From assembly GCA_036172155.1 (NCBI GenBank), contig JAVHSM010000043.1, forward strand, positions 1 to 37,606: 37,606 nucleotides of DNA, read 5' to 3'. The notes below the pieces were generated by a model. The model did not search any database, was not told the origin of the DNA, and saw nothing but the letters and a program-made list of their open reading frames with translations. Positions 1 to 8,644 of this stretch are shown here, one piece after another (the first letter of the stretch is position 1; every line of letters starts with the position of its first letter). Origin of the DNA: Candidatus Magasanikiibacteriota bacterium (GTDB taxonomy: Bacteria; Patescibacteriota; Patescibacteriia; Magasanikbacterales; GWA2-37-8). A program made the translations under genes and the position numbers.

Positions 1-196
1 TTCGAAAAGTTCCACCAGCGACATCAAAACTTACACACAAATGTGTCGGTTTGATTTCTTTCCAAACTTTGAGCAACATGGAAGTAAAACCATACACCGC
101 ATTGACCATCACTCCACCCTTGGTATGCATCGGTGGAATTCCATGATAAGCACGATGAACAATGGCGTTGCCGTCGATAATAACAAATTTTGTCAT
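1..196 (-). CDS. polA: DNA polymerase I, N-terminal 5'-3' exonuclease domain (runs off the window edge)
   Basis: Manual translation from ATG at 196 gives MTKFVIIDGNAIVHRAYHGIPPMHTKGGVMVNAVYGFTSMLLKVWKEIKPTHLCVSFDVAGGTFR, with the IDG..HRAYH / NAVYGF / FD...TFR motifs. Not in the ORF track. A stand-alone 5'-3' exonuclease cannot be excluded. Confidence 0.9.
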   Translation of the reverse strand, partial: MTKFVIIDGNAIVHRAYHGIPPMHTKGGVMVNAVYGFTSMLLKVWKEIKPTHLCVSFDVAGGTFR

Positions 197-236
197 AATG
201 ATACCATTTTACACTCAAAACAATTTTTCAGCAATA

Positions 237-356
237 AAAATACTCGCACCAATAATTACCTTTGAGCGAGTTATGAGCTCCGCCTAAGGCGGACGATTCC
301 CTGGATCCTTCGCAGGGCGAGGAAAGCGAAAAGGTCATTGTCGGTGCGAGTATTTT
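237..356. repeat. Long imperfect palindromic element (family B, copy 1)
   Basis: Arms AAAATACTCGCACC (237-250) / GGTGCGAGTATTTT (343-356); inner arms match the element at 20735-20832. Confidence 0.75.
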
Positions 357-371
357 GTCCTGTTGTCTTTG

Positions 372-443
372 AGGTACCGGTGGGAATTGCACCCACGCAT
401 AGAGGTTTTGCAGACCTCTGCCTTACTGCTTGGCAACGGTACC
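372..443 (-). tRNA. tRNA-Cys(GCA)
   Basis: Reverse complement folds as a cloverleaf: acceptor GGTACCG/CGGTACC, anticodon arm GAGGT-CTGCAAA-ACCTC, T arm GTGGG-TGCAATT-CCCAC, U73 discriminator; CCA not encoded. Confidence 0.93.
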
Positions 444-486
444 ATTTTTATACCAGAACAATATCATTCTTTTTTATAAAAATCAA

Positions 487-520
487 GGGATTGCTTCGTC
501 GCTTCGCTCCTCGCAATGAC
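487..520 (-). repeat. GTCAT-tagged REP-like palindrome
   Basis: Reverse complement GTCATTGCGAGGAGCGAAGCGACGAAGCAATCCC, directly after the stop of the M23 gene. Confidence 0.8.
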
Positions 521-521
521 T

Positions 522-1886
522 TTATCTCACATATCCAAAAGGATTCACCCGCGCGCCATTTTTTAATACCTCAAAATGCAGGTGGATACCGGTTCGTCCC
601 CGCACATTACCGGTGTTCCCCATCAAACCGATTGTTTGCCCAGTCTCTACATATTCCCCTGGCGACACCAACAAACGAGCATTGTGACCATAGAGTGTTT
701 TTATTCCATTGCCATGATCAATAATAATTTCACAACCATAACCATTGTTCCAACCGCATTGTGCTTTTTCAACTACACCGGCTTTGGCCGCATAATTTGG
801 TGTTTCAAAAGGACCGGCAATATCTACTCCATGGTGTTTCCAACCAAAATATTGAGTAATTATGTGAGCACCAGACGGCCAAATAAATCCACTTGTCCCT
901 GGTTCTTGCCCAGAAGATGGCGGGCGAATAATTTTGCCGTAACTTTGCTGTTCGGTAAGGTACACTTTGCCATTTTTGACCAACTGACCTTTTTTAACCA
1001 CTGGTTTTGCTACAACTATTTCTGTTTTTACACCACCTGGAACCATAATTCTCTCGCCAATTCTTAAATCTTTCCCGTTTTCATCCAAATTGTTAAACTG
1101 CACTATATCCTCCATTTTAGCTCCATACAAAATCGCAATCTTTTTTAAATTATCCCCTTTGCGCACCAAATGCATAACGCCACTAGCCGGTGGAATCATT
1201 AATTTTTGGCCTAATTTTAATGTTGACTTGGCGGCCAAACCATTTTCCCACAAAATTGTTGCCACATTCACGCCAAAACGATTGGCAATACTGTTGAGTG
1301 AATCTCCTGACACCACAAAATATTCCAGTGTTTGTTTGCGACCAGATCCACTCTTACTCACACCACCGGTCATCATTTGTGGTTTGTTGATAGCCATACC
1401 CCCAGCCACCACACCCGCTAAATCTTGATCATAAACCATTGTCTCTGTCTGATTAACGGCATTGTCTGTACTGATTATTCCAGCACGCCAATTGTATACC
1501 GGAGTAATATTTGTTTGTACCGGTTCAGCCGTCACTTCCTCAAAACTAAAATCTTCACCACCACCAAACAAATTAAAGGCCAATGTTTTCTGCCCAGGTA
1601 AAAAAACAGTTTTTTGTGTAAATAGTTTTGTCTGTGGAATGGAAACCAAAAATAATAAAATAAAAACAATTATTTGAATAGCATCTCTCGCAATAATGCC
1701 TGCACCGGTATTTAGACCGATCTTTTTTAGATATAAATTGAATTTATACAGGATATAGGCGAAAAAACGATAGATTTTACCAAAAAAATTAGCAAACAAC
1801 AAAAACCCACCGGCACCTATCCACCAGAAAAATCGCTTAATATTAACCAAAAAACGCAATAATTTTAATAATACGTTATATTTCAT
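522..1886 (-). CDS. Membrane-anchored LysM + M23 family metallopeptidase (peptidoglycan hydrolase)
   Basis: N-terminal hydrophobic segments, two LysM repeats (V.SGDSL..IA.RFGV; VRKGDNL..IA..YG), M23 motifs HHGVD and HLHFE. Confidence 0.92.
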   Translation of the reverse strand: MKYNVLLKLLRFLVNIKRFFWWIGAGGFLLFANFFGKIYRFFAYILYKFNLYLKKIGLNTGAGIIARDAIQIIVFILLFLVSIPQTKLFTQKTVFLPGQKTLAFNLFGGGEDFSFEEVTAEPVQTNITPVYNWRAGIISTDNAVNQTETMVYDQDLAGVVAGGMAINKPQMMTGGVSKSGSGRKQTLEYFVVSGDSLNSIANRFGVNVATILWENGLAAKSTLKLGQKLMIPPASGVMHLVRKGDNLKKIAILYGAKMEDIVQFNNLDENGKDLRIGERIMVPGGVKTEIVVAKPVVKKGQLVKNGKVYLTEQQSYGKIIRPPSSGQEPGTSGFIWPSGAHIITQYFGWKHHGVDIAGPFETPNYAAKAGVVEKAQCGWNNGYGCEIIIDHGNGIKTLYGHNARLLVSPGEYVETGQTIGLMGNTGNVRGRTGIHLHFEVLKNGARVNPFGYVR

Positions 1887-1991
1887 ATCTTGACGATTGG
1901 GCTATTTTAGCATAAGATATCGTTCAAGGCAACCTTGAGACCAATCAATGTTGCCGGTTAATTTAATATTTAAATCTTAACTTCAACACTT

Positions 1992-3977
1992 ATGATTATA
2001 GTGTTAGGCGGAATTTTACCGGCACTTGTGGCCATTATTTATGGTGCGGTGCTTATTCGTTGGGTTCTCAAACAACCAGCTGGCGATGATCGTATGCAAT
2101 CTATCGCGCGCGCTATCCAAGATGGTGCCAAAGCTTATCTTTCTCGTCAATACAAAACAATTGCTTATGTGGCAGTTGTGGTTTTTATTTTATTAGGTTT
2201 GTTTATTGATTGGATTACTGCTTTTGGTTTTGTGGTGGGTGCAGTATTTTCCGGATTGGCCGGTACTATTGGTATGTTAATTTCAGTCAAAGCCAATGTC
2301 CGCACTGCCGAAGCTGCTAAAAAAGGTTTCAAACCGGCACTTGATGTCGCTGTCAAAGGTGGTACTGTTACTGGTCTGTTAGTTTCCGGTCTTGGATTGT
2401 TCGGCGTTTCTGGTTTTTATTATTTAACACATGATTTGTCTGCCTTAATCGGTCTTGGTTTTGGTGGTAGTTTGATTTCTGTTTTTGCCCGTATCGGTGG
2501 CGGTATCTTTACCAAAGCCGCTGATGTTGGTGCTGATTTGGTTGGTAAAGTAGAAAAAGGCATTCCAGAAGACGATCCTCGCAATCCAGCCGTAATTGCC
2601 GACAATGTTGGTGACAATGTTGGTGACTGCGCTGGTATGGCTGCCGATCTTTTTGAAACTTACGCTATCACTACTATCGCCGCAATGGTATTAGGTGGTT
2701 TGCTTTTCCCAAGCAACGAAAAAGTGGCTGTGTTTCCAATCGTACTTGGCGGCATTTCCATTATCGCTTCAATACTTGGAACATTCTTTATCCGTTTGGG
2801 TGAAGATAAAAATGTAATGAAAGCTTTATACAAAGGTTTAATAGCCGCTGGTGTGATTGCTTTGTTAGGTTTTTATCCAGCTACCAATTGGTTAATGAGT
2901 GGTCTGGCTGGATATAGTGTCAAAAATATTTTCTTATGTTCTATTATCGGTTTAGTGCTTACCGCTCTAATGGTAGCTCTAACTGATTATTATACTTCTA
3001 CAAAATACTCTCCGGTTCAACACATCGCCAAAGCTAGTACTACTGGCCACGGCACCAATGTGATCGCTGGTTTAGCAGTATCAATGAAATCCACTGCGTT
3101 ACCTGTTCTTTTGATCATGGCCGCGATGATGGGTTCTCATTATCTAGCTGGTTTGTACGGCGTCGCTATTGCCGCTGTGAGCATGTTGTCTATGACCGGT
3201 ATTATCGTAACTATTGATGCTTTTGGTCCTATTACTGATAACGCCGGCGGTATTGCTGAGATGGCTGAATTGTCCGAAGATGTACGCAATGTTACCGACC
3301 CATTGGATGCGGTTGGCAATACTACCAAAGCTGTAACCAAAGGTTATGCTATCGCTTCCGCTGGTTTGGCTTCACTCGTTTTGTTTGCCGACTTCACCCA
3401 CAAACTTCCGGACACTGTGAAATTTATGATCAATGATCCAAAAGTTTTGGTTGGATTATTTATTGGTGGTTTGTTGCCATATCTTTTTGGTGCCATGTTG
3501 ATGGAATCAGTTGGAAAAGTGGCCGGACAAGTAGTAGAAGAAGTCCGTCGTCAATTCCGTGAAATTGCCGGCATCATGGAAGGAACCGGAAAACCAGATT
3601 ACGGCAAAGCCGTAGATATCGTGACCAAAGGAGCTATTGGTCAAATGCTGGTGCCGTCTTTGATTCCTGTGGTTGTACCAATTGCGGTTGGATATTTCTT
3701 GGGTGTTGAAGCGCTTGGAGGTTTGTTGGTTGGTACTATTATCACTGGCATCTTTGTTGCCATCTCTATGACTACCGGTGGTGCCGCTTGGGATAATGCC
3801 AAAAAATATATTGAACTTGGTAATTACGGTGGCAAAGGATCTTTTGCACATCAAGCCGCAGTTACTGGCGACACTGTTGGTGATCCATACAAAGACACCG
3901 CTGGTCCTTCGATCAATCCGATGATCAAAGTGGCCAACATCGTGGCATTGCTCATCGTTGGATTATTGATAAAATAA
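1992..3977 (+). CDS. hppA: Membrane-bound H+-translocating pyrophosphatase, K+-independent type
   Basis: Motifs [29 protein letters not shown] and [17 protein letters not shown] has Lys at the K+ site, which marks the K+-independent subfamily. Confidence 0.95.
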   Translation: MIIVLGGILPALVAIIYGAVLIRWVLKQPAGDDRMQSIARAIQDGAKAYLSRQYKTIAYVAVVVFILLGLFIDWITAFGFVVGAVFSGLAGTIGMLISVKANVRTAEAAKKGFKPALDVAVKGGTVTGLLVSGLGLFGVSGFYYLTHDLSALIGLGFGGSLISVFARIGGGIFTKAADVGADLVGKVEKGIPEDDPRNPAVIADNVGDNVGDCAGMAADLFETYAITTIAAMVLGGLLFPSNEKVAVFPIVLGGISIIASILGTFFIRLGEDKNVMKALYKGLIAAGVIALLGFYPATNWLMSGLAGYSVKNIFLCSIIGLVLTALMVALTDYYTSTKYSPVQHIAKASTTGHGTNVIAGLAVSMKSTALPVLLIMAAMMGSHYLAGLYGVAIAAVSMLSMTGIIVTIDAFGPITDNAGGIAEMAELSEDVRNVTDPLDAVGNTTKAVTKGYAIASAGLASLVLFADFTHKLPDTVKFMINDPKVLVGLFIGGLLPYLFGAMLMESVGKVAGQVVEEVRRQFREIAGIMEGTGKPDYGKAVDIVTKGAIGQMLVPSLIPVVVPIAVGYFLGVEALGGLLVGTIITGIFVAISMTTGGAAWDNAKKYIELGNYGGKGSFAHQAAVTGDTVGDPYKDTAGPSINPMIKVANIVALLIVGLLIK

Positions 3978-3985
3978 TTTTCAAC

Positions 3986-4013
3986 TGTCATCCTGAATGT
4001 AGTGAAGGACCCC
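3986..4013 (+). repeat. TGTCAT-tagged REP-like palindrome
   Basis: TGTCATCCTGAATGTAGTGAAGGACCCC. Confidence 0.7.
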
Positions 4014-4025
4014 TTAAATCTTCAC

Positions 4026-4056
4026 AAAAAATCTCGACCAAAAGTCGAGATTTTTT
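4026..4056 (+). terminator. Intrinsic terminator of hppA (likely bidirectional)
   Basis: AAAAAATCTCGAC-CAAAA-GTCGAGATTTTTT. Confidence 0.85.
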
Positions 4057-4061
4057 ATTTT

Positions 4062-4086
4062 TGTCATTCCCGCAAAAGCGGGAATC
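4062..4086 (+). repeat. TGTCAT-tagged REP-like palindrome (dRS3/RPE-like core)
   Basis: TGTCATTCCCGCAAAAGCGGGAATC. Confidence 0.85.
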
Positions 4087-4209
4087 TTTGAAATCATCCG
4101 TATCCTAAACAGAAAAAATTTTTCTGCTTAGGATAGGACGGATGATTTCAAAACCCCACCTCGGCTGAACAATATGTTCAGCCGAGTGTCCGCTGAAAAA
4201 GTGTGTGGT

Positions 4210-4359
4210 TCACCCCACCACAACGAAACGCGTAACGAAGTTCGTCCCTATCGCGTCGCCCCGCAAAATCCAGTCCGGATTATCACAAAGCCATTGTTTA
4301 ATAACTAGGGACGATGAGCCACCGATTTGGTGAAAAATCGTAACTTCTCTTATTTTCAT
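4210..4359 (-). CDS. Putative 49-aa orphan small protein
   Basis: MKIREVTIFHQIGGSSSLVIKQWLCDNPDWILRGDAIGTNFVTRFVVVG; AGGAGG at 4375-4370; upstream TTGACT-N17-TATAAA; two strong hairpins downstream. Confidence 0.5.
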   Translation of the reverse strand: MKIREVTIFHQIGGSSSLVIKQWLCDNPDWILRGDAIGTNFVTRFVVVG

Positions 4360-4433
4360 TTTACTCTTTCCTCCTGAAGAACCATCAGCAAAGACGCTCC
4401 CTGCGCCCCACCTCAGGTATTTTTAACAATTTC

Positions 4434-4509
4434 TTTATACACCAAAATAGTCAAAAAGTCAACCTTTCGATCCTGTCGAATTGACTTTTTTCTTCAATTA
4501 AGATAAAAT
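4434..4509. promoter_or_regulatory. Divergent sigma70-like promoters
   Basis: Minus strand: TTGACT (4462-4457)-17-TATAAA (4439-4434). Plus strand, for tig: TTGACT (4481-4486)-17-TAAAAT (4504-4509). Confidence 0.7.
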
Positions 4510-4534
4510 CCACTCGTATTTTTAATTGCTACAT

Positions 4535-5815
4535 ATGTCACATATTTTGAAACAACTGCCAAAATCTCAAGTCGAATTGGTTATTACCGTCACCCCAGCC
4601 GACTACAAAAAAGATATGGAATCCGCCGCCGCTCGTCTATCCGAACGCGCCGCTATCCACGGTTTCCGCCCAGGCAAAGCTCCATACGAAATTGTCAAAC
4701 AAAACTTGGGTGAGATCAAAATTTTAGAAGAAGCACTGCAAGCTATCGTCGAAAAGAATTTTTTTGAAGCCGTAAAAACAGAAAAATTGGATACGATCGG
4801 AATGCCGGAAATCACCATTGAAAAAATGGCGCCTGGCAATGATTTTGTTTTCAAGGCCGTGGCCGCACTTTTGCCATCGGTAAAAGTAGCCGACCTTTCC
4901 AAGATTGACGCCAAGAAAAAAGAAGTAGTAGTTGGCGACAAAGAAATCAACGATGTTTTGGACAATTTACGCAAAATGCAAGCCAAAGAAGTTGTAAAAG
5001 AAGGAGTTGCTACCAAAGAAGACAAAATAGAAGTGGCGATGAATATGTCTATCAACAAAGTACCGGTCGAAGGTGGTCAAGCCCCAAAACACCAGGTTTA
5101 TCTTTCTGAGCCACATTACATTCCAGGCTTTGCCGAACAGTTGGTTGGTTTGAAAAAAGATGAAGTGAAAGAATTTTCTTTGAAATTTCCGGATGAACAT
5201 TATCAAAAACATTTGGCTGGAAAAAATATTGATTTCCACATCAAAGTAAACGATGTTTACTCTATTGAGTACCCAGAGATCAACGACGAACTGGCAATAA
5301 AACTTGGTCAAAAAAGCGTCGAGGATTTGAAAGAAATTTTGATGACCAACCTAAAACAAGAAGCGCAAAACAAAGAAGATCAACGCATCGAAGCTGAACT
5401 ATTGGAGAAAGTAATTTTGGCCAGTGAATTTAGCGAGGTGCCGGATGTTTTGATCACTTCAGAAAAACAAAAAATGTTTTATGAATTAAAAAACAGCCTG
5501 CAAGAACAAGGCATCGAATTTGAAAAATATCTCAAAGATCTCAAAAAGACTGAGGAAGAAATCGGTAATGATTTCTCCGACCGTGCCTTGGTTCGCGTCA
5601 AAGCCGCTTTGATCTCTCGTCAAATCGCCAAAGAAAATGATATCAAAGTTGAAAAAGAAGAACTGGACAAAGAAATAGCAATTATCAAAGTCACTTACAA
5701 GGATGATCCAAAAGTAGAAGAAGCCTTAAAACGCCACGAAGTATTAGATACACTAGCCGCCACTATTCAAAACAAAAAAGTAATTGCCTGGTTGAAAGAA
5801 AAAATACTAAAATAA
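4535..5815 (+). CDS. tig: Trigger factor
   Basis: GFRPGKAP ribosome-binding motif and FKBP-like IPGFAEQLVG...FPDEHY region. Start moved to the ATG at 4535. Confidence 0.95.
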   Translation: MSHILKQLPKSQVELVITVTPADYKKDMESAAARLSERAAIHGFRPGKAPYEIVKQNLGEIKILEEALQAIVEKNFFEAVKTEKLDTIGMPEITIEKMAPGNDFVFKAVAALLPSVKVADLSKIDAKKKEVVVGDKEINDVLDNLRKMQAKEVVKEGVATKEDKIEVAMNMSINKVPVEGGQAPKHQVYLSEPHYIPGFAEQLVGLKKDEVKEFSLKFPDEHYQKHLAGKNIDFHIKVNDVYSIEYPEINDELAIKLGQKSVEDLKEILMTNLKQEAQNKEDQRIEAELLEKVILASEFSEVPDVLITSEKQKMFYELKNSLQEQGIEFEKYLKDLKKTEEEIGNDFSDRALVRVKAALISRQIAKENDIKVEKEELDKEIAIIKVTYKDDPKVEEALKRHEVLDTLAATIQNKKVIAWLKEKILK

Positions 5816-5826
5816 AGCTCACATTA

Positions 5827-5854
5827 AAAAATCCCGATATAATCGGGATTTTTT
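5827..5854 (+). terminator. Intrinsic terminator of tig
   Basis: AAAAAATCCCGAT-ATA-ATCGGGATTTTT. Confidence 0.85.
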
Positions 5855-5934
5855 AATTGGTTAGTTTGTTTGAAAAGATTGTTTGCTATTTACAAAATAT
5901 CTTGTTAAAATTAACTTACTAATAATTTTTTACT

Positions 5935-5975
5935 TGTCATTTCGACCTAGTCTCGCGACGAGCGGAGAAATCCCT
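5935..5975 (+). repeat. TGTCAT-tagged REP-like palindrome
   Basis: TGTCATTTCGACCTAGTCTCGCGACGAGCGGAGAAATCCCT. Confidence 0.7.
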
Positions 5976-5992
5976 CAACAATTATATCAAAT

Positions 5993-6154
5993 ATGATAGA
6001 AGCAAAAAATAATTTAAGCCTCCCTTCCGGTTTTTTGTGGGGTTGTTCCACCTCTGCCCACCAAATTGAAGGTGGTCTCACCAACGATTGGAGTGAATGG
6101 GAAAAATCGCATGCGCGTATCCAAGAAAAAACTGATGTAAAAGGATATTTGTAA
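5993..6154 (+). pseudogene. N-terminal remnant of a glycoside hydrolase family 1 (beta-glucosidase) gene
   Basis: Manual translation MIEAKNNLSLPSGFLWGCSTSAHQIEGGLTNDWSEWEK... matches the GH1 N-terminal signature F.WG.A.SA.Q.EG; stops after 53 aa. Confidence 0.85.
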
Positions 6155-6188
6155 AAATAATCGGATTGTTTAACAATAAACTAATAAT

Positions 6189-7025
6189 ATGTATTTTGGC
6201 TGTCATGTCTCTATCGCCGGCGGATTGATCAACGCCCCAAAAAACGCCCACGAACTTGGGTGTGAGGTTTTTCAGATGTTCACACGCTCACCACAAGGTG
6301 GCTATGTTGCTCCGCTGGATAAAAAAATTGCTACTGAATTTATTGATCTTTGCAAAAAACACGACCTCAAAGAATGGGTAGTGCATGCCCCGTATTTTAT
6401 AAACTTCGCCAGTGCCAATCCGCGCATCAAACACGCCTCAGTCACGGTGGTGCGTGAAGAATTGGAACGCTCATCACAACTAGGCACTGCCTATGTAATG
6501 GCGCATTTGGGTAGCTACAAAGATCTCGGCGAAGAAGCCGGCCTAGCACAACTAACCACCGGACTATCCGAAATGTTAAAAGGATACAATGGCAGCACCC
6601 AATTTTTAATAGAAATATCGGCTGGCACCGGCTCGATCATCGGTGACACCTTCGAAGAAATCGCCGCAATTTTAAATGATAAAAAATTAAAAAAATATGA
6701 CATCGGTGTGTGTTATGATACTCAACACGGCTTTGCCTCCGGTTATGATATCCGCACACCTGCTACTGTAGAAAAAACTTTACAAGATTTTGATAAAATT
6801 ATTGGACTGGAAAAATTAAAAATATTTCATTGCAACGACAGTAAAATCGAACTCGGCGGCCGCAAAGATCGCCACGAACATATCGGCGACGGCCTCATCG
6901 GCAAAGCCGGTTTTGAAGCCCTGTTAAAAAATAAAAAACTAAAAGACAAAAACTTCTACCTAGAAACCGAATACGACAAAGTTCGCGAAGATTTAGCGAT
7001 ATTAAAAAATATAAGAGCCGTGTAA
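6189..7025 (+). CDS. nfo: Endonuclease IV (AP endonuclease)
   Basis: G.HVSIAGG, HAPYFIN, CYDTQH.FASGYD, H.NDSK...G...DRHEHIG, LET. Confidence 0.95.
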   Translation: MYFGCHVSIAGGLINAPKNAHELGCEVFQMFTRSPQGGYVAPLDKKIATEFIDLCKKHDLKEWVVHAPYFINFASANPRIKHASVTVVREELERSSQLGTAYVMAHLGSYKDLGEEAGLAQLTTGLSEMLKGYNGSTQFLIEISAGTGSIIGDTFEEIAAILNDKKLKKYDIGVCYDTQHGFASGYDIRTPATVEKTLQDFDKIIGLEKLKIFHCNDSKIELGGRKDRHEHIGDGLIGKAGFEALLKNKKLKDKNFYLETEYDKVREDLAILKNIRAV

Positions 7026-7191
7026 ACATATCCCCCGAACGAGCGCTGAAAATATAAGGAATAATTTGTAGACGAATTTTGCGTGGCTGGCTCTGCTGTT
7101 TGAGCCCGCAGGCGAGTTCAGAGCCAGAGCAAAATGAGTCACAAATTATCCGAATATTTTCACAGCGAGAGAGCGGGGGTGTGTTTACACG
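7019..7191. repeat. ~170-bp long-hairpin MITE-like element
   Basis: Nested arms CGTGTAAACA/TGTTTACACG, TGAAAATAT/ATATTTTCA, ATAATTTGT/ACAAATTAT, ATTTTGC/GCAAAAT, CTGGCTCTG/CAGAGCCAG. Confidence 0.8.
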
Positions 7192-7204
7192 ACGAAAAAA
7201 AATT

Positions 7205-7432
7205 ATGAAAAAAATAAAAATCCGCGTCCTACCGCGTTCATCTAAAAATGAAGTTGTCGGCGAAATGTCCGACGGCACCTTAAAAATAAAATTAACCGCT
7301 CCGCCGGTAGACGGCAAAGCCAATGACGCACTAATAAAATTATTGGCCGAACATTTTGATATATCCAAAAGCAAAATAAAAATCGCCGCTGGCACGACGA
7401 GCAAAAACAAAACAATTGAAATTGGTGATTGA
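7205..7432 (+). CDS. DUF167 / YggU (UPF0235) family protein
   Basis: V.PRSSKNEV...LKIKLTAPPVDGKAN.ALI..LA..F...G.TSKNK; start taken as the ATG at 7205. Confidence 0.92.
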   Translation: MKKIKIRVLPRSSKNEVVGEMSDGTLKIKLTAPPVDGKANDALIKLLAEHFDISKSKIKIAAGTTSKNKTIEIGD

Positions 7433-7438
7433 ATGACA

Positions 7439-7476
7439 AGGGATTCCTCGGTTCCTTTCAGTCACTCGGAATGACA
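7439..7476 (-). repeat. TGTCAT-tagged REP-like palindrome
   Basis: AGGGATTCCTCGGTTCCTTTCAGTCACTCGGAATGACA on the + strand. Confidence 0.75.
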
Positions 7477-7484
7477 GTGACGAT

Positions 7485-7760
7485 CTAGGGCAAATCAACT
7501 CCGCCTTCATTCCATGGATTGCACCGCAAAACTCTCCACACGGCCTTTGAACCTCCGACAATCAAGCCGTGTTTTTTTATACTTTGTTTTCCGTATTCAC
7601 TACAAGTTGGAAAAAATCGACAGTATCCCTGTGGAAAAAAATATTTTAGAGGTCCATGATCTGGAGAAATAGTCTTTTGATATACCCAAATAAAAAAAAT
7701 TATTGGCAAACGCAATAAAATAGTTGCCTTTTTGATGTAATATAAAAGCTTTTTTTTCAT
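7485..7760 (-). CDS. yidD: Membrane protein insertion efficiency factor YidD
   Basis: YQKTISP, CRFFPTCSEY, RVLRCNPW..GGVD; lies downstream of rnpA. Confidence 0.95.
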   Translation of the reverse strand: MKKKLLYYIKKATILLRLPIIFFIWVYQKTISPDHGPLKYFFPQGYCRFFPTCSEYGKQSIKKHGLIVGGSKAVWRVLRCNPWNEGGVDLP

Positions 7761-7800
7761 TCTAAAATAAATTTTTATTTTGTTTTTTTATAAAACGACT

Positions 7801-7826
7801 GGATTCCCGCTTTCGCGAGAATGACA
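7801..7826 (-). repeat. TGTCAT-tagged REP-like palindrome
   Basis: GGATTCCCGCTTTCGCGAGAATGACA on the + strand. Confidence 0.8.
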
Positions 7827-7834
7827 GTTAAAAA

Positions 7835-8227
7835 TTACACCATCACTTTTGCTCGCTCCAATAATACTTTCACTTCTTGGCTTATTTCAGTATAGCTTTT
7901 GTCTTTGATATTTGGCTTAGCCACAAAAAAAAGATAAAAACCTTCCTTGATGCCATTTTCCTTCATAATCAACCTTACCACCTCTTTTGCCTGCCGTTTC
8001 GCTCGATTACGCACGACCGCACTTTTCGACACCTTTAACCCAATATTTATGGCTAACCTTAGTTGTTTTTTGAAATTATCCACATCTTCTTTGGGTGGAA
8101 AATAAGCCACATTTTTGGCTAATTCCAGCACTTTTAAGCTCAAAAAAATACCATTAACCCAAAAACCATGCTTTAATATCATGTTAAAATCCCGCACCTT
8201 GGTCAAATGGTTTTCTTTTTTATACAT
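7835..8227 (-). CDS. rnpA: Ribonuclease P protein component
   Basis: KVSKSAVVRNRAKR (RNR motif); rpmH-rnpA-yidD synteny. Confidence 0.93.
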   Translation of the reverse strand: MYKKENHLTKVRDFNMILKHGFWVNGIFLSLKVLELAKNVAYFPPKEDVDNFKKQLRLAINIGLKVSKSAVVRNRAKRQAKEVVRLIMKENGIKEGFYLFFVAKPNIKDKSYTEISQEVKVLLERAKVMV

Positions 8228-8276
8228 ATTCTCATTATACCAAATAAAAACCCCCGATTCAATCAGGGGTTTTTAT

Positions 8277-8459
8277 TTATCTTCCAGTTTTTCTCAATAA
8301 TTTTCCGGATTTTTCATCAGACACCGTCAGCTTCTTGCGCCCCTTAGCACGACGACGAGACAAGATCGCTCGGCCGTTTTTATTGGACATTCTGTCCAAA
8401 AAACCATGGGCTTTGGCGCGATGTTTTTTGTTTGGTTGATAGGTTCTTTTTGTTGCCAT
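8277..8459 (-). CDS. rpmH: 50S ribosomal protein L34
   Basis: KRTYQP....R...HGFL.RM....[14 protein letters not shown], with a C-terminal extension. Confidence 0.96.
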   Translation of the reverse strand: MATKRTYQPNKKHRAKAHGFLDRMSNKNGRAILSRRRAKGRKKLTVSDEKSGKLLRKTGR

Positions 8460-8526
8460 ATCGAATTGTTTAATGTATTACTGTAAACAGCTTATCATAT
8501 TATTGTCTTTTGGTCAACAATATTTA

Positions 8527-8546
8527 CTATCCACAGCTTATCCACA
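8527..8546 (+). promoter_or_regulatory. Tandem DnaA boxes upstream of dnaA
   Basis: CTATCCACA (8527-8535) and consensus TTATCCACA (8538-8546). Confidence 0.85.
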
Positions 8547-8644
8547 GTCTCTGCACTTTTTAGTCTACACAATAGTTTGAGCTGTGGTTTGTTTGTGCTA
8601 AAATGAAAACAAAGTTTTACTCTTTTCTATATTGTGAATAAAAT

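Noticed and set aside
24-265. ORF-track ORFs 24..218(-) and 41..265(+)
   Set aside because: Shadow frames of the polA 5' end, which is in another minus-strand frame starting at 196.
7079-7204. N-terminal extensions of DUF167, tgt (26081), rlmH (27184), ribA (31929), ribH (32407) and ribE (33084)
   Set aside because: They run through repeats, intergenic DNA or neighbouring genes; family motifs begin at downstream ATGs.
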